A program made the position numbers and the translations under genes. A stretch of DNA of 64,000 bases, taken from contig DATLFI010000265.1 in the NCBI GenBank assembly GCA_035524895.1, positions 1,026 through 65,025 on the forward strand, read 5' to 3'. Origin of the DNA: Thermoanaerobaculia bacterium. GTDB taxonomy: Bacteria > Acidobacteriota > Thermoanaerobaculia > Multivoradales > Multivoraceae. Below the pieces are notes generated by a model that was not told the DNA's origin, made no database searches, and worked only from the letters and a program-made list of their open reading frames with translations. How positions within the stretch are numbered: position 1 is the stretch's first letter; each line of letters begins with the position of its first letter. Below, piece after piece: positions 1-10,110 of this stretch.

Positions 1-2676
1 AACGGCGCCACGCCCGGGACCGAGGCGATGGCCCGCACACCACCCGCGGCCGAGTCGTCGATCGAAGTCGCCGCGGTGGGCTACGGCTCGCGCCGCGTGT
101 CGCTCGCTGCGTCCAGCCGGCGAGCCGCGACCTCGATTCTGGAGGTGGCGCTCGAGCCCCGCTCGATCGCCGAAGGCTGGGTGGTCGGCGAGGCCGGTTT
201 CGGCCTAGGCAACGTGGAGCTCGTCGCCGAGCCGGTGGCCTCGGCGCGCCAAGGCACCGAGCACCTGACCGATCGCCGCCGCTGGACGCGCAGCGGAGGG
301 CGCGGCGACTTCCGGCTGCAGGAGCTCGAGCCTGGGGTGCTGTACGTCGTCGAGGCGATCGGCCTCGGCAGCACCATCGACGCGGGAGCGGTCGAGGCGG
401 GCGTGTCGACTGCCTCGACGCGCGCCGAGCCGCTTCGCGCGCGGCTTCGCTTCGGGGCGCCTGGTCCGCGGGAAGCCCGCAGCGACCTCCGTATCGAGTT
501 GGCGCGCAAGCGGCCGGCGTACGGCTGGGTCGTGAGTGACGCCGAAGGCGTGGAGCGACCGGTCGCGGGCGCGTCGGTGATCTTGCAGGAGTTGTCGTTG
601 CGAAGTCCGGCGTTGGGGGCCCGAACAGGCGACGACGGTCGCTTCGAGCTCGCGCACCTTCCGCCGGGTGGCTACGACCTCGTGGTGCGCGCTCCAGGCT
701 TCGCGCGCGGGGTGGTGGAAGGGCTCGAGGTGCCGGAGGAAGAACCGGCGTGTGAGCTCGGCACGGTGATCCTCGACCCCGGTATCGTGCTCGAGGTCCG
801 GGTGCAGGAGCGCGGGGGCGGCCCGGTAGCGGGCGCGAGCGTGGCCGCTCAGCAGTTCGAGCGCCATCCGGCCACTTCGCCTCGGCGGCAGCGAGTCGTA
901 CCACCGCCGTCCGAGGGTGCCGTCGCGCGCACCGGCGACGACGGCCTGGCGCGCGTCGGCGGGTTGGACGCGGGACGCCAGGGTCGACTGCGCGTCGCAG
1001 CGTCCGGCTTCGTGACCACCGAGGTTGCCGGCATCGAGGTGCCGGCGGACGACGTGGTCGAGGTGTGGCTCGAGCGCGGCTCCGAGGTGAGCGGGGTGGT
1101 ACTCGACGAAGCCGGGTCGCACCTCGTTGGCGCCTTCGTGAGCTTGCACCCCGATGGCGATGTGTCTTCGACCCCGATCGATCACCTCTTCCAGTACACG
1201 GACGAGGGCGGCCGCTTCGCGCTGAGGGGCGCGCCGGCCGGCGCGGTCCGCGTCGCCGCGCGCGCGCTCGGCGCCGCCGAGATCGATTCGGTCGCTATCA
1301 GCGTTCCGCGTGGCGGTGTCGTGTCGGGTCTCGTGCTGCGGGAGCCGGCGCATGCGACCCTCGAGGGGCGGGTGCGCACCATCGAGGGAGCTCCCGTCGC
1401 CGGCGCCGTGGTGGTCGCTGCCGGGCAGCTCGAGCACACCGGTGACGACGGCTCGTTCCGCATCGAGAAGGTGCGCTCCGGCGTGCAGCGGCTCGAGGTC
1501 CGCTCGCAGGAGCACGGCACGGCCGAGCGCGAGGTCGAGGTGTCGGCGGCGGGTGCGTGGATCGAGATCGAGCTGGGCGAGAGCGCCACGGTGGTCGGGA
1601 TCGTGGTCGACACCGCGGGCGAGCCGGTCGCCGACCTCGAGGTCTTTGCCCGTCCGATGAGGCCGATCGGCGACCCGCCATCCAACGCAGCGCACAGCGA
1701 CGCCGCCGGCAGCTTTCGCATTGGCGACCTGCGTCCCGGTCCCCACCTGTTGAGCGTGCTCGACGACGAGTGGGCGCTCGTGCCCGGCTCCATGCCGTTC
1801 GAGGTGGAGGCCGCCTCCGCGCCGTCGCCGACGAGGTTGGTGGTGGTGCGTGGCGCACGCGTGGTTGGTGTGCTCCACGGCCTCGAGCCCGGCGAGCGGG
1901 CGTTGGTGCGAGTGGTTGGCGATGGTGGGGAGGTGTGGGGCCCCAGCCACGCGAATGATCTCGATCCGCGCTTCTTGATCCCGCGCGTACCCCCAGGCGA
2001 GCACCGGTTGATCGGCGAGGTCATCCTGCCCGAAGGAGCGGCGGCGGCGAGAGCGCCGCTGGTGGTCGCGCCGCACGATCTCGAGGTCGAGCTCGACCTC
2101 GAGCTCGAACGCGAGAACGCGGAGGAGGTAGCGGTGCGAGGCAGGGTGCTGGTCGACGGCACGCCGCTCCCGGGTCTGTACCTGCTCTTGGTACCACCGG
2201 ACTTTCGCGCGCTGCGCGCGTCCGCCGCGACCGACGCCGCCGGTCGGTTCGAGCTCTGCTGCGCGCGACCCGGGCGCTACGACCTGATGGCCGGCACCCG
2301 CGGCTCCGCGCTCGCCTACCTCGGACCGGTCGACGTCGAAGCCGACCTCGACCTACAGCTCGAGCTGCGCCGCACCGAGGTGCGCGGGCAGGTCGTCGAC
2401 GCCGAGAGCGGACGGCCGATCGCCGGTGCCACGCTCACTGTGGTCGGCCCAGCCGAGCCCGCCGGCTACCACGCCAGCACCCGCGTCACCGGGCGCGACG
2501 GCAGGTTTCGCCTCTTCGCGATGGTCTTCGACGGCTTCCGCCTGCGCGTCGCGCACGCCGGACACGCGGGAACCGAGCTCGGGCTGTCCGCGGGGCAGGT
2601 CGTGGACGTGGGCGTCGTCGCGCTCGCGCCGGGTGGGGCTGCCGCGCTGTCGTCGTCGCCACCACGACGTTGGTGA
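1..2676 (+). CDS. Large secreted/surface protein built from ~9 tandem carboxypeptidase-regulatory-like (CarboxypepD_reg / Cna-B-like) beta-sandwich domains; 5' end lies upstream of the window
   Basis: ORF 28..2676 is open back to position 1 in the same frame. Recurring ~85-aa units carry the pattern G..V.D..G.P..GA.V......TD.DGRF.L..LPPG.Y.L.V.A.GF. No signal peptide follows the first in-window ATG, so the true start is upstream. Confidence 0.55.
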   Translation, partial: NGATPGTEAMARTPPAAESSIEVAAVGYGSRRVSLAASSRRAATSILEVALEPRSIAEGWVVGEAGFGLGNVELVAEPVASARQGTEHLTDRRRWTRSGGRGDFRLQELEPGVLYVVEAIGLGSTIDAGAVEAGVSTASTRAEPLRARLRFGAPGPREARSDLRIELARKRPAYGWVVSDAEGVERPVAGASVILQELSLRSPALGARTGDDGRFELAHLPPGGYDLVVRAPGFARGVVEGLEVPEEEPACELGTVILDPGIVLEVRVQERGGGPVAGASVAAQQFERHPATSPRRQRVVPPPSEGAVARTGDDGLARVGGLDAGRQGRLRVAASGFVTTEVAGIEVPADDVVEVWLERGSEVSGVVLDEAGSHLVGAFVSLHPDGDVSSTPIDHLFQYTDEGGRFALRGAPAGAVRVAARALGAAEIDSVAISVPRGGVVSGLVLREPAHATLEGRVRTIEGAPVAGAVVVAAGQLEHTGDDGSFRIEKVRSGVQRLEVRSQEHGTAEREVEVSAAGAWIEIELGESATVVGIVVDTAGEPVADLEVFARPMRPIGDPPSNAAHSDAAGSFRIGDLRPGPHLLSVLDDEWALVPGSMPFEVEAASAPSPTRLVVVRGARVVGVLHGLEPGERALVRVVGDGGEVWGPSHANDLDPRFLIPRVPPGEHRLIGEVILPEGAAAARAPLVVAPHDLEVELDLELERENAEEVAVRGRVLVDGTPLPGLYLLLVPPDFRALRASAATDAAGRFELCCARPGRYDLMAGTRGSALAYLGPVDVEADLDLQLELRRTEVRGQVVDAESGRPIAGATLTVVGPAEPAGYHASTRVTGRDGRFRLFAMVFDGFRLRVAHAGHAGTELGLSAGQVVDVGVVALAPGGAAALSSSPPRRW

Positions 2677-2771
2677 CCTTCGGCGCCGCTCGATCTGTCG
2701 TCGAGCCCCAAGCGCCGAGGCACCGCGACTCGGCGGGGCTGGTACGCTGCCGATCGGAGGTTGCCCACAAG

Positions 2772-5069
2772 ATGCGTTCGTTGCGCCCGCCGCTCTCGTG
2801 CGTTTCGACCCGCGCCGCGCCAGTCCTCGTTCTTGCGACTCTGCTCGCATCAGCTCCGCTGGCTGCCCAGGACGCTTCCAGCGCGGTCGTACCGGCCGTG
2901 TCGGACCGCCTCGAGCTGGAAGACATCTTCGGTGCCGACAAGGATCGCCGCATCGACGCCGTCGGCAAGCTACCGAAGATCACCTGGCTCGACGACGAGA
3001 GCTACCTGCTCGAGGAGCGTGACTCCGGTGAAGACGCGGCCGGCGACCGTGCGCGCGCGCCGCACCGCGTGGCAGCAAGGACCGGAAAGGTATCGCCGTT
3101 CTACGAGGTGGAACGCTTCGTCGACGCTCTCGCGAAGAGCGCGGGCTTCGACCGGACGACCGCCGAGAAGGCCGCCACCGCCGAGCTGCACTATGACCAG
3201 AGTCACACCGCCGCGCTCTTCGAGCACGGCAACGACATCTTCTACTGGAAGGTCGGCAGCAACGACGTGCGGCGTCTCACTTTCGATCCCGAGCCCGAGG
3301 TGGGCTACGAGCTCTCGCCCGATGGTCGCATGGTCAGCTTCGTGCGCGGTCACGACATGTTCTTGCTCGAGCTCGCGACCGGAAGCGAGCGTGCGCTGAC
3401 CGACGACGGCAGCGCCGAGCTGCTCTACGGCCGCCTCGACTGGGTGTACCAGGAGGAGGTCTACGGGCGAGGCAACTTCAAGGGCTATTGGTGGAGCCCC
3501 GACTCGACGCGCCTCGCCTTCCTGCGCCTCGACGAGTCGCCGGTGCGGGAGTTCACGGTGGTCGACCACATCCCGGTCGAGCTCGAGGTCGAGGTCACGA
3601 ACTACCCCAAGGCGGGATCGCCCAACCCCAAGGTGCAGCTCGGATTGGTGGCCGCGGCGGGCGGCGAGCCGTCGTGGGTCGACATGTCGAAGTACGAGCC
3701 GATCGAGCACTTGATCGTGCGCGTCGGCTGGACGCCCGACGGCAAGAGGATCGCCTTCCAGGTTCAGGACCGCGAGCAGACTTGGCTCGACCTCAACCTC
3801 GCCGACGCGTCGAGCGGCGAGGTGACGACCCTGTTCCGCGAGGCCTCGCCAGCTTTCGTCAACGTCACCGGCGAGCCCGAGTGGCTCGACGACGGGAGCT
3901 TCCTGTGGCTCTCCGAGCGCACCGGCTTCCAGCACATCTACCACTACGATGCGGAGGGCAAGCTGCTGCGGCAGGTGACCGCGGGGGAGTGGGAAGTGCG
4001 CGATCTCTACGGCGTCGACGAGGAAGCAGAGGGGAGTGGCCGCGAGCCGTCCGTGTACTTCAGCGCGATGGCGCAGAGCCCGATCGCGCCGCACCTCTAC
4101 CGCGTGGCGCTCTCTGGCGGCGAGCCCGAGCGCCTGTCACGCCGCGATGGGTCGCACACCGCGAGCTGGAGCCCGGGCTTCCGCTACTTCGTCGACACCT
4201 GGAGCGACGCGCGCACGCCGCCGCAGATGCGGCTCCACGACGCGAGCGGCGCCGAAGTGCGCGCGGTCGCTGAGAACCGCGTCGAGAAGCTGGCGCGCTT
4301 CCGGCTCGGTGCCATGGAGCGTATCCAGGTGCCAGCGCGGGACGGATACATGATGGAGGCGATGCTGATCCAACCGCCCGACTTCGACCCATCGAAGCGA
4401 TATCCGGTGCTCCAGTACAACTACGGCGGCCCTCACGCCCCGGTCGTCTCCGACGCGTGGGGGGGCGCTCGGTACCTCTGGCACCAGTACCTCGCACAGC
4501 GCGGCTACGTCATCTGGATGTGCGACAACCGCTCCGCCTCCGGAAAGGGCGTCCGCCCCGTCTGGGAGGCCTACGGCCGCATGGGTGCCGTAGAGCTGCG
4601 CGACATCGAGGACGGCGTGACCTGGCTTCGCCAGCAGCCGTGGGTCGACCCCGCGCGCATCGGCATCTGGGGCTGGAGCTACGGCGGGTTCATGGCCGCC
4701 TATGCCCTCACCCACAGCACGAGCTTCGCGATGGGCATCGCCGGCGCTCCCGTCACCGACTGGCGTCTCTACGACACCATCTACACCGAGCGCTACATGA
4801 AGATGCCGCAGAACAACCCGGAGGGGTACCGCGAGACTTCGGTCGTCGAGGCTGCCGGGGACCTGAGCGGGAAGCTGTTGCTCATCCACGGCACGATCGA
4901 CGACAACGTCCACATGCAGAACACGCTGAAGCTTGCGCACGAGCTACAGAAGGCCGACAAGGAGTTCGAGCTCATGCTCTACCCGAAGTCACGGCACGGG
5001 GTGAGAGACAAAAAGCTCGAGCTGCACCTGTACCGAACGATGACGCGGTTCGTGGTGGAGAACCTGTAG
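2772..5069 (+). CDS. Secreted dipeptidyl aminopeptidase / prolyl oligopeptidase family S9 (DPP-IV-like beta-propeller + alpha/beta-hydrolase)
   Basis: ATG at 2772 is followed by the signal peptide MRSLRPPLSCVSTRAAPVLVLATLLASAPLAAQ. The nucleophile elbow GWSYGG is present, with a C-terminal LIHGTIDDNVH region (Asp/His of the triad). The track ORF 2670.. starts 34 codons upstream without signal features. Confidence 0.8.
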   Translation: MRSLRPPLSCVSTRAAPVLVLATLLASAPLAAQDASSAVVPAVSDRLELEDIFGADKDRRIDAVGKLPKITWLDDESYLLEERDSGEDAAGDRARAPHRVAARTGKVSPFYEVERFVDALAKSAGFDRTTAEKAATAELHYDQSHTAALFEHGNDIFYWKVGSNDVRRLTFDPEPEVGYELSPDGRMVSFVRGHDMFLLELATGSERALTDDGSAELLYGRLDWVYQEEVYGRGNFKGYWWSPDSTRLAFLRLDESPVREFTVVDHIPVELEVEVTNYPKAGSPNPKVQLGLVAAAGGEPSWVDMSKYEPIEHLIVRVGWTPDGKRIAFQVQDREQTWLDLNLADASSGEVTTLFREASPAFVNVTGEPEWLDDGSFLWLSERTGFQHIYHYDAEGKLLRQVTAGEWEVRDLYGVDEEAEGSGREPSVYFSAMAQSPIAPHLYRVALSGGEPERLSRRDGSHTASWSPGFRYFVDTWSDARTPPQMRLHDASGAEVRAVAENRVEKLARFRLGAMERIQVPARDGYMMEAMLIQPPDFDPSKRYPVLQYNYGGPHAPVVSDAWGGARYLWHQYLAQRGYVIWMCDNRSASGKGVRPVWEAYGRMGAVELRDIEDGVTWLRQQPWVDPARIGIWGWSYGGFMAAYALTHSTSFAMGIAGAPVTDWRLYDTIYTERYMKMPQNNPEGYRETSVVEAAGDLSGKLLLIHGTIDDNVHMQNTLKLAHELQKADKEFELMLYPKSRHGVRDKKLELHLYRTMTRFVVENL

Positions 5070-5097
5070 TCACTACTCTCCGCTCATAGGGTTTGGA

Positions 5098-5123
5098 GGA
5101 GCCGCTTCCGGCGCGGCTCCTAG
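5098..5123. terminator. GC hairpin GGAGCCGC-ttccggc-GCGGCTCC followed by TAG; a candidate bidirectional terminator between convergent genes that also supplies the minus-gene stop codon
   Basis: The 8-bp perfect stem was read directly. It lies between the DPP-IV stop (5069) and the minus-strand membrane gene stop (5120-5122 = CTA). Its GCGGCTCCTAG half resembles the GGGCTCCTAG repeat family. Confidence 0.45.
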
Positions 5124-6052
5124 CTCCTTCGAGGCAAGAGCTTCAGGAAGCGTGTGCGCTTTGGGGGTGAGCCTGCCGGTCGAGCGTCTACGCTCTCGGC
5201 GGAGGGCCCCCGCCAGCGACTCGCGAAGACCCAGCCGGTGATCGTGCCGAAGACGAAGTTCGAGGTGACGACCTCCGCGAAGTGGACCCAGCGCACCGCG
5301 TCCGGGAAGTACGGGTTCGGCACCAGCAGCGGGATGGCCCCGCCGAGCCCGGCCATGACGACTCCTGCCAGCAGCGCGCGCTGTGCACGGGTGCCGCCGG
5401 TCATGGCCACCACGAGCACGCAGATGGCGACGTGGAGAGGTCCGCGCACGAAGAGCTGCAGCGGCACGATCACCTCGAGGGGAGGCAGACCGATTCCTTC
5501 GTAGAAGGGCTGCACGAACGGGAAGATGATCGTCCCCGCGGCGAAGTACAAGGCCAGGTAGAGCGCAGAGCAGCCCGCGAAGAGCGCGGCCAACGACCAC
5601 ACCGAGTGGGCGGTGGAGGCGGGAGTAGCGGAAGAAGCAGGGGAGGCCCCGAGCCGCGGCGACGGACCCGGCGTCTTACCGAAACGTCCCGCCAGGAGCA
5701 CCACGACAGGCGCCAACAGCGCGGCCGTCACGGCGGTCATCAGCGCCAGCCTCCAGACGTGCGCGAGCGGCAGGATGTCGAAGACCGCGGCCTCGATGAA
5801 CGACGTGAGGCTCGACACGCCGTAGTAGACGGCCCCGAGCGCAACGGCCAGCCGCCAGCCGGTCCAGGTGGAGCGGATGGCCATCACCATCAGGATCGCG
5901 GCGGTCCCCAGCCACATGGCGGCCAACGACGCGAACCCCGCCGCGGGCATCTCGACCGGTGGGGCCAGCAGGGGGCCCAGGAGCGCTTGCAGGACGAACA
6001 GCGCCGCGGCGGCAGCAACCACTCGCCCGACGAACACGGCGATCTTCTTCAT
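5120..6052 (-). CDS. Polytopic integral membrane protein, unknown function
   Basis: The start is taken at MKKIAVFVGRVVAAAAALFVLQ (CAT at 6050-6052). About 8 hydrophobic segments follow. The track ORF extends to 6136 with a non-hydrophobic, R/S-rich N-extension that is probably spurious. Confidence 0.5.
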   Translation of the reverse strand: MKKIAVFVGRVVAAAAALFVLQALLGPLLAPPVEMPAAGFASLAAMWLGTAAILMVMAIRSTWTGWRLAVALGAVYYGVSSLTSFIEAAVFDILPLAHVWRLALMTAVTAALLAPVVVLLAGRFGKTPGPSPRLGASPASSATPASTAHSVWSLAALFAGCSALYLALYFAAGTIIFPFVQPFYEGIGLPPLEVIVPLQLFVRGPLHVAICVLVVAMTGGTRAQRALLAGVVMAGLGGAIPLLVPNPYFPDAVRWVHFAEVVTSNFVFGTITGWVFASRWRGPSAESVDARPAGSPPKRTRFLKLLPRRS

Positions 6053-6132
6053 CGACTCCGCCCTCCGCGCTACTTCGCCACCAAGGACCTGGGCCGCGCC
6101 CCCAACAGCCTCAGACGACGTCGACCCGCGGC

Positions 6133-7455
6133 TCACTCACCGTAGAGATAGTCCCAGGCGATAGCAGCCATGGCTCGCACTCCCACGACCAGCGCGTCCT
6201 CGTTGGCGAAGAAGTACGGCGAGTGGTTGGGGGCTGCCTCGGAAGCTTCGACACCCTCCGCGTTGACCCCCAACCGGAAGTAGAAGCCTGGGATCTGCTC
6301 CTGGAAGAGCGCGAAGTCCTCGGCGCCCATGATGCGCGGCTGCACCGTGACCTTGTCCGCACCGGCGGCCCACTCCAACGTGGGCACCATGCGACGAGTC
6401 AGCGCGGGATCGTTGTAGACGACGGGCGCGTAGGGTTCGATGGTGACGGTCGCCTTGGCACCGGCCGCGGTGGCGATGCTCTCGGCGGTGCGGCGGATTC
6501 GATCCAAGAAGTCTTCGCGCATGTCGGTGTCGAAGGTGCGAATGGTGCCGATCATCTCGACGCGATCGGGGATGATGTTGCCCCGCACCCCGCCGTGGAT
6601 GCTGCCGATGGTCACCACCGCCGGAGCCCGCGTGACATCGAGCTGGCGGCTCGGGATGAGCTGGAGCGCGGTCATGATCTGCGCGGAGACGATGATCGGA
6701 TCGACGCCCATCCACGGCGAGGATCCGTGTGTCTGGCGGCCTTCGACCAGGATCGTGAGCGCGTCGGCGGCGGCCATCATGCCTTCTTCGCGGTAGCCGA
6801 TCTGCCCGACCGGCGCGGGCCCGACGTGGAGCCCGAAGATCGCCTCGGGCTTCGGGTCCAAGAGCACGCCTTCCTTGATCATCAGCGCCGCGCCGCCCTC
6901 CTCCCCGGGCGGCGGCCCCTCCTCGGCGGGCTGGAAGACGAGCTTGACCGTACCCGGCAGATCCTCACGCATCCCGGCGAGCACCTCCGCGGCGCCCATC
7001 AGGATCGCGACGTGGTTGTCGTGACCGCACGCATGCATGACGCCCACCTGCTGGCCGGCGTACTCGGCGGTGACGTGAGACGCGAACGGCAGGTCGACCA
7101 TCTCCTTGACTGGCAGCGCGTCCATGTCGGCGCGTAGCGCGACCACCGGTCCCGGCTTGCCGCCGCGCAGGATGCCGACCACGCCGGTGTGCGCGACGCC
7201 TGTCTTCACCTCGATGCCGAGCGCGCGCAGGTGATCGGCGACCTTCTGGGCGGTGCGGAACTCGCGGTTGCCGAGCTCCGGGTTCTGGTGGATGTCGCGG
7301 CGCCACTCGATCACCTTGGGCTCGACCTTCTGGGCGGCAGCCGCGATGCGCTCGCGCCCGTCCTGGCCTAGGAGGCTGGGAACGACCGACAGGAGCAGCG
7401 CGCCGAGCGCTGTCCCGGCTAGAAGCGGACGGATCTTCGGGTCGCGGGTGGTCAT
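6133..7455 (-). CDS. Secreted M20D-family amidohydrolase (hippurate hydrolase / N-acyl-amino-acid amidohydrolase-like)
   Basis: Start MTTRDPKIRPLLAGTALGALLLSVVPSLLGQD is a signal peptide. The metal-binding motif MHACGHD is present, with EEGPPPGEEGGA and dimerisation-domain signatures typical of M20D. Confidence 0.75.
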   Translation of the reverse strand: MTTRDPKIRPLLAGTALGALLLSVVPSLLGQDGRERIAAAAQKVEPKVIEWRRDIHQNPELGNREFRTAQKVADHLRALGIEVKTGVAHTGVVGILRGGKPGPVVALRADMDALPVKEMVDLPFASHVTAEYAGQQVGVMHACGHDNHVAILMGAAEVLAGMREDLPGTVKLVFQPAEEGPPPGEEGGAALMIKEGVLLDPKPEAIFGLHVGPAPVGQIGYREEGMMAAADALTILVEGRQTHGSSPWMGVDPIIVSAQIMTALQLIPSRQLDVTRAPAVVTIGSIHGGVRGNIIPDRVEMIGTIRTFDTDMREDFLDRIRRTAESIATAAGAKATVTIEPYAPVVYNDPALTRRMVPTLEWAAGADKVTVQPRIMGAEDFALFQEQIPGFYFRLGVNAEGVEASEAAPNHSPYFFANEDALVVGVRAMAAIAWDYLYGE

Positions 7456-7527
7456 CGCTGGGTCCTCGGGTCGGTGATCGGGATCTCGGCATCCTGCCAC
7501 GATCCCAACGGAGACACCGAGGTCCGC

Positions 7528-10110
7528 CTACGGTCTCACGACCACCTCGAGGAACCACATGCGTCGGTTGCCGCCGGCCCGGAGCTGTGCGTTGGCGCGA
7601 ATGCCCTCGCTCTCGATCTGGATCTCCCCGTCGTGCTGCAGGGCCGTCAGAAAGCTCTGGCCTACCCAGTAGACAAAGGGCTTCATCAGCTCGGGGATTG
7701 GCTCGAGACTGGCCGCGAGCTCGGACTCCGCACCCGACCAGCTCACGGTCATTCCCACGAGCTTGTCGGCGGGTCCGATCAGCTCGACGATGCCTTGGCT
7801 CTCGCCGTCCACACGCGACGCGGCTAGCGAGGGGTGACCGTAACGCTCCGAGCCCGGCGCGAGCTCCAGGCCTTGCGCGCGCAGCAACTCGGCGGCCTGA
7901 TCGCGCGACATCACGCCGAGCCCGACGGTTGATGTAGGCGGCGGCAGAGTCGGAGCGTTCGGGTCGGGACGGTCCTGGGCCATCGACACGACGTAGGCGT
8001 GGATCTGCTGGACGTCGCGCGCGGTGAGGATGTCGGCGAAGGACGGCATGCCGATCTCGAGGAAGCGGTCGCCGCGCACGATGAGCTCGTAGTTGTCGTG
8101 CACCGCCTTGCGCGAGTAGCGCAGGTCGGATTGGAGGCCGCTCGAGTTGGTGCCGTAGCCGTGACACCGCCCGCAGTGGATCTCGTAGAGATCGGAGCCG
8201 CGCCGGATCTCTTCGGGAGCACCGAACGGCGCCGGCGGCGGGTCCGGGTTCGCGTGGCGTCGGGCCACCTCGGGCATGGGCTGGTCGGCGTCGAGCTCGA
8301 ACGTGAACAGGCGACCGACGTTCTTGTTCCGGACCGCGGCCGAGATCGCCGGGTCGCCGGCGGGCACGGCGCCTCCCCAGCCGGCCAGCACGCTCACGCG
8401 CTGCACGCCGTCGAGCTCCCAGGTGATCGGCGCGGCGACGATCGGGATGCCGGTCTCGACCGACCACAGCAGCTCCCCGTCGATCGCCGAGTAGGCGGAG
8501 AAGCGACCGCTCGGGTCGCCCTGGAACACGAGATCGCCGGCAGTGGCAAGTAGGCCACCGTTGTTGACCGCCGGTTGGACCACGCTCCACACCGCGCGCT
8601 GGGTCACCGGGTCCCAGGCTTTGAGCGCGCCCTTGGCCGCCGGCATCGCCTCGGACATCGCGCTCACCTTGGGATGGGTCCAGCCCACTCCCAGGTTCCA
8701 CAGCCGCGGGTCGTACTCGAAGTCGGGGTCGAGCCGGTACACGGTCGGCTCCTCGCGCGAGGGGATGTAGACGAGGCCGGTGCCCGGGTGGAAGGCCATG
8801 GGCTGCCAGTTGTGGCCGCCGAGCGGCCCGGGGAACACGATCTTGGGCTCGCGGTCGTAGTTCGCGGCTCCAGTCTCGACCGGACGCCCCGTCGTCCTGT
8901 CCACGTGGCTAGCCCAGTTGACGCGGGTGTACTTCTCAGCCGAGAGCAGCTCGCCCGTCGCGCGGTCGAGCACGTAGAAGAAGCCGTTCTTCGGCGCCTG
9001 CATCGCCACCTTGCGCATCCGGCCGTCGATCTCGAGATCGACCAGCATGATGTGCTGCACGGCGGTGTAGTCCCAGTTCTCGGCCGGCGTCGTCTGGTAG
9101 TGCCAGACGAGGCGGCCGTCGTCCGGATCCAGCGCCAGGATGGAGGAGAGGAACAGGTTGTCTCCGCCGCCCGGGCTGCGATAGCGGCGTGGCCACGGCG
9201 AGCCGTTGCCGGTGCCGACGTAGAGCAGGTCGAGCTCCGGGTCGAACGCCAACGCGTCCCAGACCGTGCCGCCGCCACCGACGACCCACCACTCGCCGGT
9301 CCAGGTCTTCGCCGCCATCTCGAGCTCTGGATGCTCGAACGGCTTCGACGGGTCACCCGGCACCGTGTAGAACCGCCACGAGAGCTCGCCGCTCTCGGCG
9401 TCGTAGGCACTGATGTAGCCGCGCACGCCATACTCGGCACCGCCGTTGCCGATGAGGACCTTGCCCTTGACCACCCGCGGCGCGCCGGTGATGGTGTACG
9501 GCCGGCTGCGGTCGATGGTGTTGACGTCCCACGCTACTTCGCCGGTCGCCGCGTCGAGCTTGATCAGCCGGCCGTCGATCGTGCCCACGAACAGGTGGTC
9601 GCCCCACAGCGCGGCACCGCGGTTCACCACGTCGCAGCAGGCGTTGTAACCCCACTGGCGCGGCACGTCCGGGTCGTAGCTCCACTTGGCCTTGCCGGTG
9701 CGCAGCTCGATCGCCTGCACGCCGCTCCAGGAGGTGGTGAGGTAGAGAACACCGTGGTTGACCAGCGGCGTCGCCTGGTGGCCGCGGTCGCGACCGGTGT
9801 CGTGGGTCCAGGCCAGACCCAAGCGGGAGACATTCTTCGCATCGATCTGCGAGAGCGGCGAAAAGCGCTGCTCGCTGTAGGTGCGGCCGTGGGTGAGCCA
9901 GTCGCCCGGCTCGCGATCGGCGTTGGCGATGCGCTCGCCGGTCACCGCCGTGGGGCGCGAGGCGCTGGCACCCTCCGCCGGCGCCGCTCCCCGTGACTGC
10001 GCCGACGCTGGCGACCCCGCAAGGTGCCCGAGGAAAGCCAGGAGAAGGATCGTGGCTGCGTCGACGCCTGGTGACAGGGATCCTGCCCGCGATGCTCGGC
10101 TCGTCTTCAT
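7528..10110 (-). CDS. PQQ-dependent quinohemoprotein alcohol dehydrogenase (type II: 8-bladed PQQ propeller + c-type cytochrome domain CGRCHG) carrying an extra ~140-aa C-terminal domain
   Basis: Start MKTSRASRAGSLSPGVDAATILLLAFLGHLAGSPASA is a signal peptide (CAT at 10108-10110). The propeller begins WLTHGRTYSEQRFSPLSQID and shows the adjacent-Cys CC ring motif. A CxxCH heme site follows the propeller, then a further non-junk ~140-aa tail. The track ORF 7528..10434 has a spurious N-extension. Confidence 0.75.
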   Translation of the reverse strand: MKTSRASRAGSLSPGVDAATILLLAFLGHLAGSPASAQSRGAAPAEGASASRPTAVTGERIANADREPGDWLTHGRTYSEQRFSPLSQIDAKNVSRLGLAWTHDTGRDRGHQATPLVNHGVLYLTTSWSGVQAIELRTGKAKWSYDPDVPRQWGYNACCDVVNRGAALWGDHLFVGTIDGRLIKLDAATGEVAWDVNTIDRSRPYTITGAPRVVKGKVLIGNGGAEYGVRGYISAYDAESGELSWRFYTVPGDPSKPFEHPELEMAAKTWTGEWWVVGGGGTVWDALAFDPELDLLYVGTGNGSPWPRRYRSPGGGDNLFLSSILALDPDDGRLVWHYQTTPAENWDYTAVQHIMLVDLEIDGRMRKVAMQAPKNGFFYVLDRATGELLSAEKYTRVNWASHVDRTTGRPVETGAANYDREPKIVFPGPLGGHNWQPMAFHPGTGLVYIPSREEPTVYRLDPDFEYDPRLWNLGVGWTHPKVSAMSEAMPAAKGALKAWDPVTQRAVWSVVQPAVNNGGLLATAGDLVFQGDPSGRFSAYSAIDGELLWSVETGIPIVAAPITWELDGVQRVSVLAGWGGAVPAGDPAISAAVRNKNVGRLFTFELDADQPMPEVARRHANPDPPPAPFGAPEEIRRGSDLYEIHCGRCHGYGTNSSGLQSDLRYSRKAVHDNYELIVRGDRFLEIGMPSFADILTARDVQQIHAYVVSMAQDRPDPNAPTLPPPTSTVGLGVMSRDQAAELLRAQGLELAPGSERYGHPSLAASRVDGESQGIVELIGPADKLVGMTVSWSGAESELAASLEPIPELMKPFVYWVGQSFLTALQHDGEIQIESEGIRANAQLRAGGNRRMWFLEVVVRP

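Noticed and set aside
205-2076. 623-aa minus-strand ORF antisense to the repeat-domain protein (and similar long R/H/G-rich ORFs at 8575-9996 +, 9881-11920 +, 17399-19369 +, 29076-30269 +, 36706-37665 -, 57036-58139 +)
   Set aside because: Arg/Ala/Gly/His-rich low-complexity translations are typical of the wrong frame in ~72 % GC DNA. Each lies antisense to, or out of frame with, a gene that has clear motifs.
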